From NCBI GenBank assembly GCA_949358305.1, contig OX442314.1, forward strand, positions 15,562,001 to 15,626,000: a DNA stretch of 64,000 bases, in the 5' to 3' direction. Position 1 is the first letter of the stretch, and each line of letters starts with the position of its first letter. Source of the stretch: Strigamia acuminata. Its lineage: Eukaryota. The notes beneath the pieces are model-generated. The model was given only the letters and a program-made list of their open reading frames with translations. It searched no databases and was not told the origin of the DNA. Positions 1 to 15,050 of this stretch are shown here, in pieces. The translations under genes and the position numbers were made by a program.

Positions 1-3000
1 AATTCATGTAACCAATTCGCCTTCAAAACAAGTTGCAAAATTATACATGATCGCAACATCTCTTTTCATGCGAAAGAATAGCTTAATCAAGTTACGGTAT
101 ATAAACCAGCCTAGTTGTTTCACGCCTAACTGAAACTGAGCTCAAACCCTTCTGCATTTTCTCTCGTTATACCTTAATTTACAACAGATACAATATTTTA
201 TTCGCTATCTGCAAATACGTAGAAATTATGACATAAACTTCTAATCGGCACAAACTGGAAATTAAAGCCAAATTATAGTGATAAAACGACTTGAAGAAAG
301 GGTAAACACGCTATTTTGACAACCTCCCACCACCCCTAGATTTGGCGTGACTGCAGATGCAAACAACGTGCAGTAGCTTTAATGTTCGTCTTGATCTTTG
401 CCTGTTCTTACCGTGAATTTCTGATCATATCATCAAATATTCACAACGTTCATACATGTTAAATTCGTAACTTGCTTTCACTTGAGGTCAGAATCGGATT
501 TGTTTAAATATTTATGTAGAAAATGGCGAATCCTTCCTATATTTATTTATCTGGAGTATACGTGCACAAGAAAACTTCCAACCAACAAATTACGGGCAGC
601 AAGAAGAAAGAAAAACAAAATAAAGCATTTTTTTTTAAAAATGAATAAATTAAAATCGCAATTTTAAAAATAGATTAATTCCTGTTTACGACGTTTTAGG
701 CATTTTTTAAATCGGCAAAAATAAAAAATCTAAATACACAACGGTGAATGTGTGCGAGGCAATTATGTTTTTCGGCCTGTTTGTAGTGTATGGTTTTGTG
801 TCTCGGTCTTGCGAGTAAATAGTAATTAAAAATTCCTTTATTTTCATTCAACCAACGAATTGTGGTTGTGGCTCACTTATTTAAACACAATTATACATTT
901 ATTCACGTTTTATGAGGTGGATGCTTCACCTAAAAGCATAATGACACTTGAAAGTATGACCCCTTGATCTAAATTTCATGGCAGCCATTTTGAATTTTGT
1001 TATAGAAACCAAAACCCGATACAAAACTTTCTTTATGCGATTTTTATTGATGGTTTATGGCTGTTCCTGGTGCCCATTGTTTATAAAAAACAGCAAAAAC
1101 AGCAAAAACTTTGGACTGGTTACTTTTTGTTGTTTAAATATAGGTGGCGCTGAGGACAAAAAGCGACACCGCACATTGTCATAAAATATGACAATGGGGG
1201 AAAATATGCGGAAATAGCAGTTGGAAACGAGAATGGGATCACATTGTTTGCATTCACAAAACCACCGTGCAAAATGTTATTAGGCCATGCGCCCGAGCTC
1301 GCCTTCCTTTTCGTTTGCTCTTGCTACTAATGGAATCTCTCTCCTCTTGGTTAGTTCGGAAACCAGCAAAGTAAATACACGACAAAAATGAACAAATGTA
1401 ATTTTAATCTCAATATTTAAACTTGTTTTTCACTCTATTTATTTGATTATTTAAAATATTTTCAATTTTTTTTTAACTTTCAATTAATTTCTCTAAATAC
1501 GACGTAAACACGACGAGAAGACCCCATTTAACCCTCGTTTCTCGTTTGTTTCTGCAGAAACGAGTTTTGGAATGCAGCTAGTATTCCTCGAAAAACCCTC
1601 CGTTGCTCTTGGGAATGGCTTCCACACCAACATTCAAAGAGACAGACAAGCTTCAAACGCCTTTTAGATGTGTTTCTATTATCGAATGCACATAAAAGAC
1701 AAAACCTTAAATTTACCAGTGGTTTCATAATTTCCCTCAACCATTTGATCAAAACAAAACAAACTCCTTTCTTTAAACACTCCTGAAACTAAAACAAACC
1801 ATTCAAAATCAGTCAAAATCCCCCACAGATCCAATCCCTTTTCAAGCTTGCTTTTACATTTAGAAGCCACGTTCGATTTGCAATGCGTTCATGATGTATG
1901 CATTAGTACGTACCCACATCTAAGTAGAATAGTGAAACCTATAGCGCAATGTCATGAACTTTTAATGAGAATCTGTACGAAGCGCACGAAGAAATGCTTA
2001 AAGTTGCATATCGGCATTTCTTCTTGGTGTAGTTTATGCAGATTAGTGCAAACCTTCCACAAAAAGAAAAATCTGTTGCTTTGGGAAAAAAATCTAAATA
2101 ATTTACCTTCTCCACCAATGCTTATAAAAGAAGCATTTATGAACTTTAATGGCATTTCGAGTAATCTTGTTGCACATCCCACGTATTAAATATGCAGTGT
2201 ACTCTAAAACTACCGTATCATGTTGACTAACTGCTAGAAAGCCAATCACTTTTATGCCGTTAAATTTTTTTATGTAAACTCCAACTGTGACTGCTACAAT
2301 AAAATCAACTGCAGCAACATTAATCTACACGCAATTACTCAAAAGCTTGAAACCGAGACACAACGACACATTATACACAACTCTGTACGGATAGTTTAAA
2401 CAGTTTTTACGCGAATTCATCACCGAATTAATCCTTTGTTTTTACAACCCGTCGTTTTTTAAATACGTTACTTGCTGTCGGCTATCAATCTGAATTTATT
2501 TCGCTCTCTCAACAGATTACCAACGTTGCAGATGCATCCAAGAATGAGTAAGTGCAATGTCTTTACATTGAAACGCACTTTCAGATAAAACACAACAAAG
2601 CCACTTGAAAATGAATTTATCAGTCTATCCCCTTAAATCCTTCTCACTTTATCCTTTTCTTTGACGAAGAAAAATCATTATTCGCAACAAACTTTAAATA
2701 ACCTTTATTATCACTGTTTACGTAATTAAACCAATTAATTCATCTGCACTTTTTGCGATAACCAGTTGCTCTGATAATCAAGTTAATTTGCAAAAACAAC
2801 ACGTCTATTTACATTTACAAGATTTCTAATTGACCTCAAGTCTCAAGTCAATTGCCGCAATTACAGCAAGGATTATTATTTTAACTATTTCATTTTCAGT
2901 TTTAGTATGACCCGCACGCCACGAAAAAACAATAAATTGTGTGACTTTACATCGACATGGAAGAAGCGATTCCCCACAGGAGTGACTTTTCATTCCAACT

Positions 3001-3457
3001 TTAAGCCTATACCCCGCCGGATTTTTCAAGTGGTCAGACATTACCTTAAATTGATCCCTGGTGAATTGAGCCTATAACTGGCGTAAGGGGTGTCACCCAC
3101 ATGTCCACACACCATGAAGAAACTCGTCCATTGCCTTTCATCTAATTTCTTTCTTGAGACAGTAGCGAGAATTCCACTCGCACTTCATTTAGTTGTTTGG
3201 CCTTGCTGCATTCCATAAGTCATTTAGACTAAACAACATTTGAAAACACCCAATTAAACTGCAAATTTCGATTGTATATTTGCTATTTATTTCATCTTGG
3301 TCAGCTTAATTGAGGTTTTCTCGATCCAACTTCAAAAATTATAGCTGAATTAGCCTGCGTTAGTTGCAGCTACTGATTACAAATGTGAAAATCATTCAGT
3401 CCAGTCAAACTCGCTGTTTAGATTAGTGGCATGCCGCTAAAAGCGTGTAAATACCGT

Positions 3458-3630
3458 AGGCACATTCATAAATATGTATTAAACAGCTTTTGTTGTTTAA
3501 ATGTTATGCGCAAGCCCACTGCGACTGCAAACAGACTAAATCAACTCCCATTTTTGAAGTTAAAACGAGGTAAGCAGTTTAAAAAGCAGTTTAAATATGT
3601 TGTTTAAAATTCTACTTTATGAATCCGCCT
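3458..3630. mobile_element. Degenerate MITE-like element (TIR family AGGC(G/A)(C/G)ATTCATAAA)
   Basis: Left end AGGCACATTCATAAA (3458-3472) and right end TTTATGAATCCGCCT (3616-3630) are imperfect inverted repeats. The same terminal motif recurs at 53881-53939. No clean TSD. Confidence 0.45.
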
Positions 3631-6600
3631 GTATTGACTAATGTTTATTTTAGAAAGTTAAATCAAAGTTTAATTACTAAGATCAAACTAAAGGATTAGA
3701 AAGCCTGGTGGCTGAGCTGAAAACTCACCATTGCAATCATAAAACACTTCAAGTCAAAAGGCACTACACCAAAGATGTGGTTAAATCCCAGTCTGTGGCG
3801 CTATGTCAGTGGTTTCATCTCGGTCCTGTGTATCTTATAGCTTTGGTGTTTTCAGTTTGAATCCTTGGTTCATGGTTTGCTGCTTTTCTTTTCTCTTTTC
3901 TCCTCCTCTCTTCTTTTTTTTCCTGCTTTCAACTCTTCTTGTAAGATTCTCTATTCTTTTCTTTGTTTATTTTCGTCTGATTGCACCAGGCTTCCAAATT
4001 GGTGACCTCAAACTTTTTTTAAATTCTATTCTATTTTATTTTATTTTTTTGCTCCAGTGCATTTATTTTTCCATTCCAAGATAAAAACGTCAGATTGAAA
4101 AGCAAGCTACATTTGCAAAGCAAATAATTCATTACTAACCACCAAGTAAGAATGATTAGTATTCTATTTCCGCTTTTATAAGTTTATGAATTTTTAAACT
4201 AAAGTTTTAAAACAGAAATTTTCATTTTAAAAATGCAAAAGCTATTCAAAAATCGATCCCGCCGTTAACGTTTGTGTGTTGCACATCATAAGCAACGATA
4301 ATCGCATTGTTTTAGAGAACCATCAGCTGAAAAGAATATGTAACGAGTTTTGTACGCAGATGGGTCTTCTCATCTCTCCCTTAACTCCCTCGGAATTTTT
4401 TTTTATTATTTTTTATTCAATCGATTCTCCTCCCATTCATGTGCCCAATAAAGCCTCTAACAAGAGATTCTCCTATTTTCATCCGAGAGGCTCAAATGGT
4501 CACTTTATTACACATTTCAGGCATATAAACATCAACAAGAGCCTAATAAAACACTCATTGACACATTCAAAATGCACATTCCTTTCATGTCAAACATTCC
4601 GGACTTTTTAATTCTTTTTCTCCAACAACTAAAACATCTTCAACTTGGAATCGGAGCTCTCTCGCTTCCCCTTTCGCCCTCACAAACTGATAACAAACCA
4701 AGAAGAAAAAAAAGTTTCAGACTTTTAACATCAAAAATGCAATTTTTTTGTGTGTATTGCTTTAGATCCTTCTTATTTACTTGTTTTTCACACGAAAAAA
4801 TATGCTAATGTCATTTACTCCATCTTTCACATAGCGTTTCCCCCCTCCATTCGCTGCTGTAAGTCCACAACAAGATTATACACATCAAAAACTTCTCTAC
4901 AAAGAACAAATCAATAGTTCTTTGTGCAGATTAATTTATCACTCATTGCCAATGCAAATTCAATTTCAACTTTTTCTTTGATGCATCACTAGACATCACC
5001 TTGTTTGCTGCACTTTCTACTCTTTTTTTTTTTCTTTTTCTTTTACTTTTACTTTTTTTCTTTCTTTCTCTTCCTTTCTTATCATCTTTCCTCAACTTTC
5101 CCCAGATTATACCCTGCAAGTGCACACATAATGGCTGTATCCCATGAGAATATCACCATTCTGGAAAAGTATTCATGCCAAGTATGCGCAGTGTAATTTC
5201 AACTCTACAATAACAGACTGGTCATCTGGAACGGTCTAACAACCTCCAAGCTGCTGCTGTTTCTCACATTAAGAGAAAACGGGGCCTCCAATCTGTTTCC
5301 GTTGCCGCTTGGAAAAGTTAGTCGATATGATAGGTCAAATATCCTCCCCGAGGACTGCTTCGGTAAGGAAAGTAATGAATTATTCAATTTCAACACAAAC
5401 TGCGAGTCTACATCGAAAACAACCTCGTTTAATTAAACATGGAAAAGTTGGTTTATATTAGAAAACGTTGAAATTTGAATTTTTCACTCATTTTCTAAAT
5501 CCATTTCTATTTTTACCGGCTCATGTTTATGTATTCACTGCAGACCTGCTGTAAATCAATTTATTTTGCAAAATTGAACAGTGAATTAGCACATGGACCA
5601 ACGTTCACTTTAAAACCTTAATTTTCTACATTATTGATAATCCATTTGCTGTTTATACCACACAATTATGTATTCATGAGTCCAGTTTCTCAGTGAATCT
5701 ACAAACTTCATAAATGGCCGTCAACAATTCAGTCCAGTTGAAATTGACTTGCTAATTTAAAGTTTTAAAAAAATATACATTAATATTAAAATTATTACTT
5801 AGCAAAAAACAAAAACCGAAGGGAAAAAGCAACATTTCATCTCATTGTGTTTTAAAATTACATGTGATGTATATTCCTAAGGGAAATAATTTACATGTCA
5901 TAGGGTAACTTAATCTCTTCCTTTATGACAGCATTTCAGCCGACAGAACCGGAAATTAATAGATGAGATAGAATGAAGCTGAACTCAGTCTACTTCTACT
6001 TTATCTTACTTGCTGATACATTCATTTGCAACTTTCTCAACCTTTATTTTCTTACATACATCTGCAAGCTATTTTTTTTTTTACTTATATATATAAAATA
6101 TTCTAACATGTTCAAATTACAAAATTGAATCAGTTAAAGTAGACTTACAAAACAAAGGATGCCCCAATTAGGTACATTAAGTTTATTACATTACTCCAAT
6201 TTACGATTTTCTTCAATTGCCCTCTAAGTCATTTGCATAAAATAAGCAGCAATAAAATCTAAATGGGAATTTATATACTTCACAATTTTACACTAAAAAA
6301 AAAAAACCCTTCAGAGATTTTTTATGAAATAATCTCAAGAGAAACTGCGGGAGTAACACAGCAATAAAAGTAAAATAGTTGGATTTGGATTTTATTCCAC
6401 CCCTTTACAAAACCGAACCTCTGGCAACGGGTAATTTTAATTTTAACAACTAACATAGTTGAAATTTAGATCTCAAAGTTGATATAACATTTAAAAAAAA
6501 TTGAAAATTCATTGATATCGAATATAAGCTCAAGCTACCGGTAGCAGAACAAGCCAACATCTTATCATAGCCTATACCTATGCGTTTAAATTTTCTTGGT

Positions 6601-9600
6601 CTACCTGTTTGTAGTTTATAAAAATTTATGACACTTTTTATATAGATGTAGTACCCTTTTCGTCATAAATAATACTTTGCAAGCACAAAAAACTATCAAA
6701 CAAAGCAAACGACTGCTTTAAACACATTTCATTATAAGTTACTTCTTTTTTGGAACAGGAACTGGAAATGCCGGTATCTATAATACACTTCACAGTGCAG
6801 ATTTTACGACGGTATTTCACGTTCACAAGCTAAGCAGATTCTAAAATAAAAACATTTTTCTCGCAATAAAATTAGTCTGTCTGCTAAAAATCCTGAAACA
6901 ATCGTCTGACACCTCCCATCTATAAAAAAGATCAAACATAAAAAAATGCTATGGCAAAAGTCAAATTCAAATTGTTTTTCTACGAAAGAATTTCTACTCT
7001 TCTTGTTTTCAAAGGCAGCCTAGTGCAAAGCCAGACGCAGCCAGTCAGCTCCCTCGACAAAAAAATTACCCAGATACTCAAGAACGACTCGGGATATTAT
7101 CTGTCTGAATATCCCTTGGGATATTACAACTGTAATTCCAAAGCCAGCCCAACCATTTCCAAAACCCCAAACTGAAGCATAAATGAGCCCCCTTTTCCAT
7201 CTTTCAAAAAACAAGCCTATAAAATACAATACAATTGAAATAAATATGTGTTGGGGTCATTCTATTTCAGCTGTTGTTTTAAAAATAGACCTCTTAACAC
7301 ATTGTAAAACTCAATGCAAAACATTTAGCACTCAAAAACTATCCATTAAATACACTTTGTATTTAAAAGCAAAAAAAAAAATTAAACCTTTTATAATTCA
7401 GCTAATGTGCATCACACGTTCCCCAAGCGTCTTCCCCAGCAGAGAAGTTTGCCATTACACCGATAAAAACTGGAGAAAAATTGAAAATTAAAAAATTGCT
7501 CAAAATGCCAATGGCATAATTGCAATCTACAATTCCCTCGACACGCTACTTTGCATATTATTCTTTCCATTATGTTATAAAATCCAGCGCCCTAATGAAT
7601 TTGTAGTTATATCAACACAGTTAAAGAAGAATACAGAGTTCATACATATATAATTTCTGCTCGCACAACACTAATCACAACACACACACACGAGAGCTAT
7701 GTGCACTTAGTGTTGTGTAGCAGAACGCAAACACAGATACCCTATACTGGAATGTTTATTTATGGCTGTCGTATTGTAACCGTAAAAGACCTATTCGACG
7801 AAATTCACGATGCTATCAAAACAGTTGCCGCAGTATTGACTATAGCTTTAATATTTATTTTAAAGGTAAAAACAGATTGTGGTACAACATAGTATATAAG
7901 GAAGAAGCTATTTTAGAAAGTATGTATAATTCCAATTAAAACTTTGTTGCGAGACATTTATTAGTCTAATTAGCAGACGAGGAAAAGCAGGGGATAAAGA
8001 AATTAACTAATTTTTTACCTTAATTTTTTTTACAAATATTCCTCATCACGAAACCCATTTTTGCAATTGCTTCACTTCCGTTTGTACTTTAAACTTAAAC
8101 AAGTATAAATATTTAGAACCCATGAAATTGCTCCTTCCAAGATAAATTAATTAAACTTAATAACGTAAAATAAAATAAAAACAAATAGTTATTAATAATT
8201 TGACAAGTTACCAACCTTATAGAAAAACTCAAATGTTATAAAATAAAAAGAAAAGAGAAAAAAAGTAAAATAAAATTAAAGTAAAACCGACCTTTTTCGA
8301 CCTTGCGGTCATCATCACGTTCCATCTTTTTTACTGCAGAGAACCTTTTGTGCTTTTTCTCCCGAAGCAAGCAGCGTAATAGCAACTTAGCCGGGCCACG
8401 GATTCTTTATAAATAGTATTTTAAAACTGCTTGCTGGAAAAGAACAAAAACAATCTAAAGATTCAGATTGAACAAATAAAAAAAATATTATTACTCTGCT
8501 ACTTTGCAGGTAGAACTGAGAAGCCCAACGAGATAGTGCCCAATGCGCGAAACAAAACCAATTATTTACCACAAACGTATTCAATTTGCTTTTGGATAGC
8601 AATACTTGTTGCCGATTTGCCCAAAATCACCGAAATACATCATCCATTATGAATAATTAAGTCTGCCGATTAATACCTAATTCTTTTACGGTATAACATC
8701 AAAGTATTCGCTCTGTCACCATAAAATCATGCGATAAATTCGTGATTTAATAGTAATAGTAATTGAATGTTGATCTGTATTGCTGATTAAACTCGGTGGT
8801 CGGTCCGGAAAGTGATGATTTTAATCTATATATATTTGCGCCATCAATGTCAATAAACTGATGGACAATGCTTGTTCACAATCAGTCAAAGACAACTCAG
8901 CTTTTTACACGGAATAAGAGTTTACCGCGAATTTACCGACTAAAATATACTAACATACTAAAATTCCTACGTGTTTACAAACTAAAAAAAAAATTAAAAA
9001 AAGATTTGTTTTTATTAAGCTTTTCCATTACAAAAACGTGTATTTTCATTAGGTTGATTCCCCTATTCTTATGTACAACTTGATAATTTGACACGTAGAC
9101 GAGGAGCGAAAAATCTGGTGCTCCAATTTCAGTGCTAGACACGACAAAAATTGGATCTAGGCGCGAATCAGGAAATCGAATTTGGCGATGTGCAAGTTCG
9201 GTAAAGAGCTTAACGTCATCTGTGCGAGTTGCGTCTCTGTGCGCAAAGAAGAGAAGCATTAAGATTTTTCGCTCCCGGTCCCAAACCGATAGTTCTGCTG
9301 CAGTGGGCAAAAAATTTGTTTCTACTTCTAATCGGTGAACGTTTTCACAGCAGACGAGAAAAAATTTCAAATTGAATTTTCCAAAGCTCAGCTTGCTATC
9401 TTCTACGCGCATTTACATGCACAAAACAATGATGACGTGAGTAAAAAATTGTGTAATTTTAATGAAAAAAAATACAATTTAAAATAAATTATTTTTAAAT
9501 TAAGTTTAACATATGCATCTAGGCAATGTTCTCTTCTTTCTCAAGCTACTTCGGTCCAATTGGCTTTGCTTGTAGCTTATAAATTGGTTTCCCGGGCAAG

Positions 9601-10043
9601 CAATTCAATATCCTTTTCGATTAGACTATATTTACTCCTTAAAGCCTTATATTTCCACGTGAAAAAGGTCTAATTAATGAACAAACTCCATTTTCTCGCT
9701 TGGTTCTCTTTGCAGCGAATTTATTTTACACTTTTAAAAAAAAATTCACTTTTTCTCTAAACATTTTTCACTCAAATTGTACACTAAATCGGCAAATTCT
9801 TTTTCCAACGTAAAGAACATGTTTATAGTTCATTTTCCCCTGCCCCACTGGTTTTTTTTCCTCTTGGGCGCCGATGATTCACTTTACCAGAGATGCAGAC
9901 TAGCCTTAAAGCCAAACTCTAATGTAAGCCTATGCTCAAACATTTTCTATCAAACTGCATACCACTCTTCGATCTTAGCCAACAACTGATTGGGTCAAAA
10001 CACCCCGCTTGGCAGCTTCAATAACAAACACACTCGACCAATC

Positions 10044-10255
10044 TTAAGTTATGCATTCACTGTAACCAATAGAAACAATGCGCAGTTGCTTAGACAACCA
10101 CAACCCATTAGCTATACAAAATTAGTCCCGACTCTAAATTCCAATACATATAAGACTCCTTTATTTTTTGGTCAAGGAATTACATTAGTTCCTCAAACAG
10201 AAATGGAACAAGATTTAATTCTACACTTTGCATAATTTATCTTCATGAATAACTT
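10044..10255. repeat. Dispersed ~210-bp repeat, copy 1 (second copy at 30852-31403); probable old non-autonomous DNA element
   Basis: Colinear similarity with 30852-30904 plus 31233-31403 (TAAGTTATGCATTCA..CAATAGAAACAATGC; CAACCACAACCC..ACTCTAAATTCCAATA..GGAATTACATTA..AACAGAAATG..ATGAATAACTT). The ends TAAGTTATGCA and TGAATAACTT are inverted-repeat-like. Confidence 0.7.
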
Positions 10256-10541
10256 GTGAAAAGATAGACTCAAGATGACGGCTTCTTAGATCTAGACATG
10301 ATGTAGTTTACTATTTACCTTCAATTTTGTTTTGTTTTCCTATTTTTTAAACACGCCCACGAATAGTAGGAGCACTCGCGAAAAATTCGCACGTAATAAA
10401 AAAATAAAAATAAAAATCATGAACTTTTAACATGAAATATTAAACCCACGGCAAAATAAATCGGACACGCGACGCAACCATCACCAGTAGAGTTACGCAT
10501 TTTACGTGTTCAGCGAGCGCCCTGAGACAGTTCAACTAACA

Positions 10542-10815
10542 GGGTAGGACCGCCTCACCGTACTGATCACCCGTTCCCATTAGACCGCAAAAGTTAAGCA
10601 GCACCAGGCCTGATAAGCACTTAGACGGGTAATATGCCGGGAATCCCAGTTGTTTCTCATCCTTGTCTGTTCCAAGGTACTGTTTCTATGGCTAGATCGT
10701 CTGCCACCAGCACTAACATGGTTTTATCTGGTTAGTGCTCGGTGTGCGGCCTAATTCCCCAGACATGCATAAGCGTATAGGATCACGACCATGGTAAGTC
10801 GAATATAAATTAAAA
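10542..10815 (+). mobile_element. 5S rRNA-derived sequence: SINE3-like element or 5S pseudogene with appended body
   Basis: 10542-10658 follows metazoan 5S rRNA, with box A-like AGTTAAGCAGC (10592-10602), then GGCCTGATAAGCAC, box C-like TTAGACGGGT (10621-10630) and GGGAATCCC. It is too diverged to be a functional 5S gene. It is followed by ~150 nt of non-5S body containing a hairpin (AGCACTAAC/GTTAGTGCT) and an A/T-rich tail. Confidence 0.6.
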
Positions 10816-13800
10816 TTTTAAAAATTTCGCATCGTCTGATGAATAAATAATTATTCGCCCAATGACTTCCTTTAACTTCAATTCGACCGAACTCAAGATG
10901 GGTTATGAGAGAACATGGTAGTCTTTCAACCGTTAATGCTTGTTGGTTTCATCACCAAAAATTAATTTTAATGCTTTGACTTTATTCAATACATTATACA
11001 TATTTATGAGTATGCATTTTGTTCGGTGTTTTTAAAAAAAAACAAAAAACAATTTTTGATTACTATTCCGTGCATTTTGCTCGGGCAGTGTCGATTGTAC
11101 ATTTTAAATAAGTTTCTCGCATATATAATTATTGCATGTTGATATTTCATATTTTCAACAAAATTGTTCTTTAATTCTTCATAAAACATAAATGTTGTAC
11201 AAAAATAGCTTGTTTTCATCTTTTACTTTCTAAATACAATCGCTATGGATTTGAAAATCAATAATAAACTTTATACATATCTAAAATTGTGCATTAAAAT
11301 ATTCAAATACACGTTTCCATTTTAAATGGATGCAATATAAATGAGATGCGGCACAAATAAACTGAATGCAGTATTATTGTTCACGGGAATTTAAACCACA
11401 GACAAATGAAGTAAACGACGAGAAAACAAACTGCTTTCCATACAAAAAACCTTTTAGAATGCACTTAACTTAATTTACTAATATCACTCAAAGTACACAA
11501 TAAGGTATTGAGGAACTTGTAGCACCTCCCTTAAGTCCCTTATCCCATTCCAATTTGGCATTTTAATTTAAATCTTACTCGTATTTAAACCACTTAAACT
11601 GATAGATTTAAAAAATATTACCTTTATTACTCGCCCACAAACAAGCACAGACTATCTCTCAACCCACGCTCCTCCCATCTCAAATTTCAAAATATTTTTT
11701 AAGAACCTTTTCCCCCCTCTCAAGCTTGATTAAATTCCATTCGAAAACTCAAAATCACAATCGAAAAACAGAAGGCAATAAGAATAATAAATTTTATTAA
11801 TAAATTTGTTTTCTATCAACTAAAAATTTAGCCCTGGAGAGATAATTTCATCTTCAAGCTCCCGCCCTACTCCTAGTTACCATAACCTTTTAATTAAACT
11901 CAAACTGTGAAAGATTTTCCTTGATGAATACTTTAATACAATCCTCGTCACGTGATCAAATCTGAAAACAGGAAGCAGCTGGCCCTCTCGTGGCCACAAT
12001 GGATAAACATTTGCACCAGATTACTGTACATGAACAACCAAAAGGCGAAGGCAGATTTAACATTTTCGCATATACACACTGCAATAACTTGCAATTTGCA
12101 GCCGGCCACTGTTTATCAGGCCAATATGTACCCTAGTTAATTAAAACCCAATGGTTTTAATTCACTGCCCTTTAATAGACACGCCCACACTTTTATCCAT
12201 CCAGCCTTTATTCATTTCATTTTTCTTTTAAAGCCAAACTGACTTGACCCTATCTGCTTTGAGTGTTAGGAAATTCTATGAAAAGAATGCAAACTTTTAT
12301 TGAAACTCATTACGAATTTCTTTTGAGCTTTGCTCCAATGTTGACATGTATGAGTAAAGAAAGAAAAGATTGAAATGAGTCTTTATTCTATTCACCTTGC
12401 GTACCGTTTTCTTCAAATCCCTGCACTCCAAGCGAACACTGATTTCACTCTCCAACACAGCATAAAATTACTACGATAAATTCCCATCTGCCCCTTCTGA
12501 ATGAAGATTGCACGCATGAATTACAGCGACAACGGCACATTGTAGCAAATAGTGTGCCCAGGACTTCATTTCCCGAGCGACTTACACAAGATTAATCATC
12601 AGAACTAAAAAAATATTGCTGTTTTCGTTTCAAAATGAATTTATACCTCAGCCACCTGAGTCCTCCTCCCGTCCCCCTATCCGCCAACAAGGGCACTAAC
12701 TTATTTTTTGATACATTATATCAAATTATTGTTACTCACGATGAAAATTACAATTTCCAAATCAATGCTGTCACTAGTAAATGGAAGAAAAATGAAATCT
12801 AAAAACTTCAATTCTTTTTCCAATTTCAAAAAATAAAACTCAAATGTTGAGACAAATAGCTCCAGTCATCCATCCACATATGTCGTAATCTAATTTTCTA
12901 TTTTAATATTGTATAAAAAAAAATAATCCAATAAAAAAAGCACACAAATGCAACAAACGCAAAAAAAAAGTAAACTTGCGTGCAAATCCAATTAATATTT
13001 AATTTTTAAGATAAAAAGCAATAGGACAGGCGCAGCGCCATTGTTCTATTATCTTCTGCAGACGAAACCACTGTGCAAAAGAACAAGACTTTACATTTAA
13101 AATACTGCTTCACAGAAAATAACGTCAGCGTGAACACTTTTTTTTAAAAGATAAAAACTTGACCGACATTTCGAGACATATCGGCAATTCCAATTTTATT
13201 TTGTTTTGCACAAAACCGACAAGTCATCCGCATGAAATTGCGAAGCACGGCTGTGACAGGTCGCAAATGCCTAATTACATTTTACGTGACGACAAATATT
13301 TTGTTGCAAATAAAACCCTACACACAATAAAATGTGATCAAATTTCGTTTCCAGATTTCCTTCGCTCTTCTCATGTATAAACAAGATCTTTTCTAAACTT
13401 TAACCATTTTTCTTTTCATTTATCACAAAATAAATTTAAAAATTGCAAAATCTAAATTCAAATTTTCAACTACTTGAATTCTGCCGTTGAATTACCTTGA
13501 AACCAAATTCGCAAAACCAAATTTGATCACCACTTTTCACTTTAACGTCAACCTGTTACCGCAGTAGGCTATCTATTACTGTTAGATTTTTAAATCCACA
13601 GTTAGCGTCTTCTTTTCCTGGTATATATTACAATTCACGGGGTACCTTTCCCTTGTAAAAAAAACCCCTACGTGGCAAACTCATAAGTTATAACATCTTG
13701 CTCACACCCAGTGACTCCAGATCTAAATAATTTCATCCAGCTGAACCAAAATTCACCGTTACCCGAAACACAATCACCAAGTTTTTATTTTCTTTCGTCC

Positions 13801-15050
13801 ACTACGAAAATTAAAATAATCCCCCATTTCGATAATTTGAAAAATGCACCTTGACGTGAAAAAAATATCAGCAATTTCCAAAGTATTAACCATCAGATTA
13901 CTGTGGCCATAAATGCGACCGAAATAGACAAACAACCGGGTTCCGATAATCTTGGAGTGCGAGTTGAACCACATTCCTCCTGACTGCTGGTCAGGTACAC
14001 TACCAATTATGCTATCTAGGACTCCATTAGAAACACCGTCTGTTTTGTCTTTGGCCAACCCAAAGTGCATTTTACTCAACTGCAACCACACCTTTCTTCA
14101 CTTGGTCGGTTTTCCTGCATCGAGGATAACGATCGAGTACTTGAACTGAGTAGTGGGAACTCGGTATTACAAGGATTTAGATCAGTGAACCGAGATCAGT
14201 GTTCACACCAAAGCTTAGCACGGATCTATATAGATCCACAAGCGTGGATAAGACCCGCGCTCTTCGGCGTCAAACGCACAACCAATGCAACAAGAATGAA
14301 ACCGGCGAACAACTTGATTTCCGCCATTTGCAATTACACCACCCATTGCAAAGCCAATCGTGGTCAAAAAAATTAAATTAGTCTATTTTCATAAACCAGC
14401 ACAAGCATCTCTAAACATTACACACCCAATTACAATCTAAAAAATGCAAATTTAACCACGATTACGCAGTCGCCGTAACACAGTATCAGACATCTAACCC
14501 CATAAATCACATTCCAAAACAAGCCGTAATTAGAATCACTTGCGCGCTAGTTAACCCTTACAATCTTTTAAATTACCATAAAATTTTATACAATTGCTCT
14601 AGAATAAAATACAAGTGTTGAACGTAGAAAACAGCCGTAAATTCAAACAAACCGAATCCCCATTAAAACAAAGCAAAAAAAGAAGCCATAAAGCAATAGG
14701 ATTCCTTAATTCAGATATTCTAGAAGCATTACAACCAAACCAAATTACACACACACACAGGCAAGTAACGCATCTAGCCATTTACATTCACCCCGCACCT
14801 CTGCGCTACAAATTACAAATCTTTTAATACACATAATCGTTAGTAGCGTCCATTTATCAAAAATCTTCCACAAAATGCGGATTAAAAAAAGAAAAAAATA
14901 TTGATGCCTCATTAATTTATCAAATTGCGATTTTTCTAACTACTTAAAGCAATTAATATAATTAATCAATTCCCTCGAGAACTAATTAAACGTAGCGTCG
15001 TATCATTAAAATAATTCAAAATGCTAATCAAACGAAAATAATCGGCTTAC

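Noticed and set aside
8975..9412. 145-aa minus-strand ORF in a CpG-richer patch as exon 2 of the 15126 gene
   Set aside because: No recognisable domain and no phase-compatible splice sites identified; more likely a regulatory or decayed repeat sequence.
10836..10860. CTGATGA next to the 5S-like element as a hammerhead ribozyme core
   Set aside because: No GAAA after a stem II, and no closing stems I or III.
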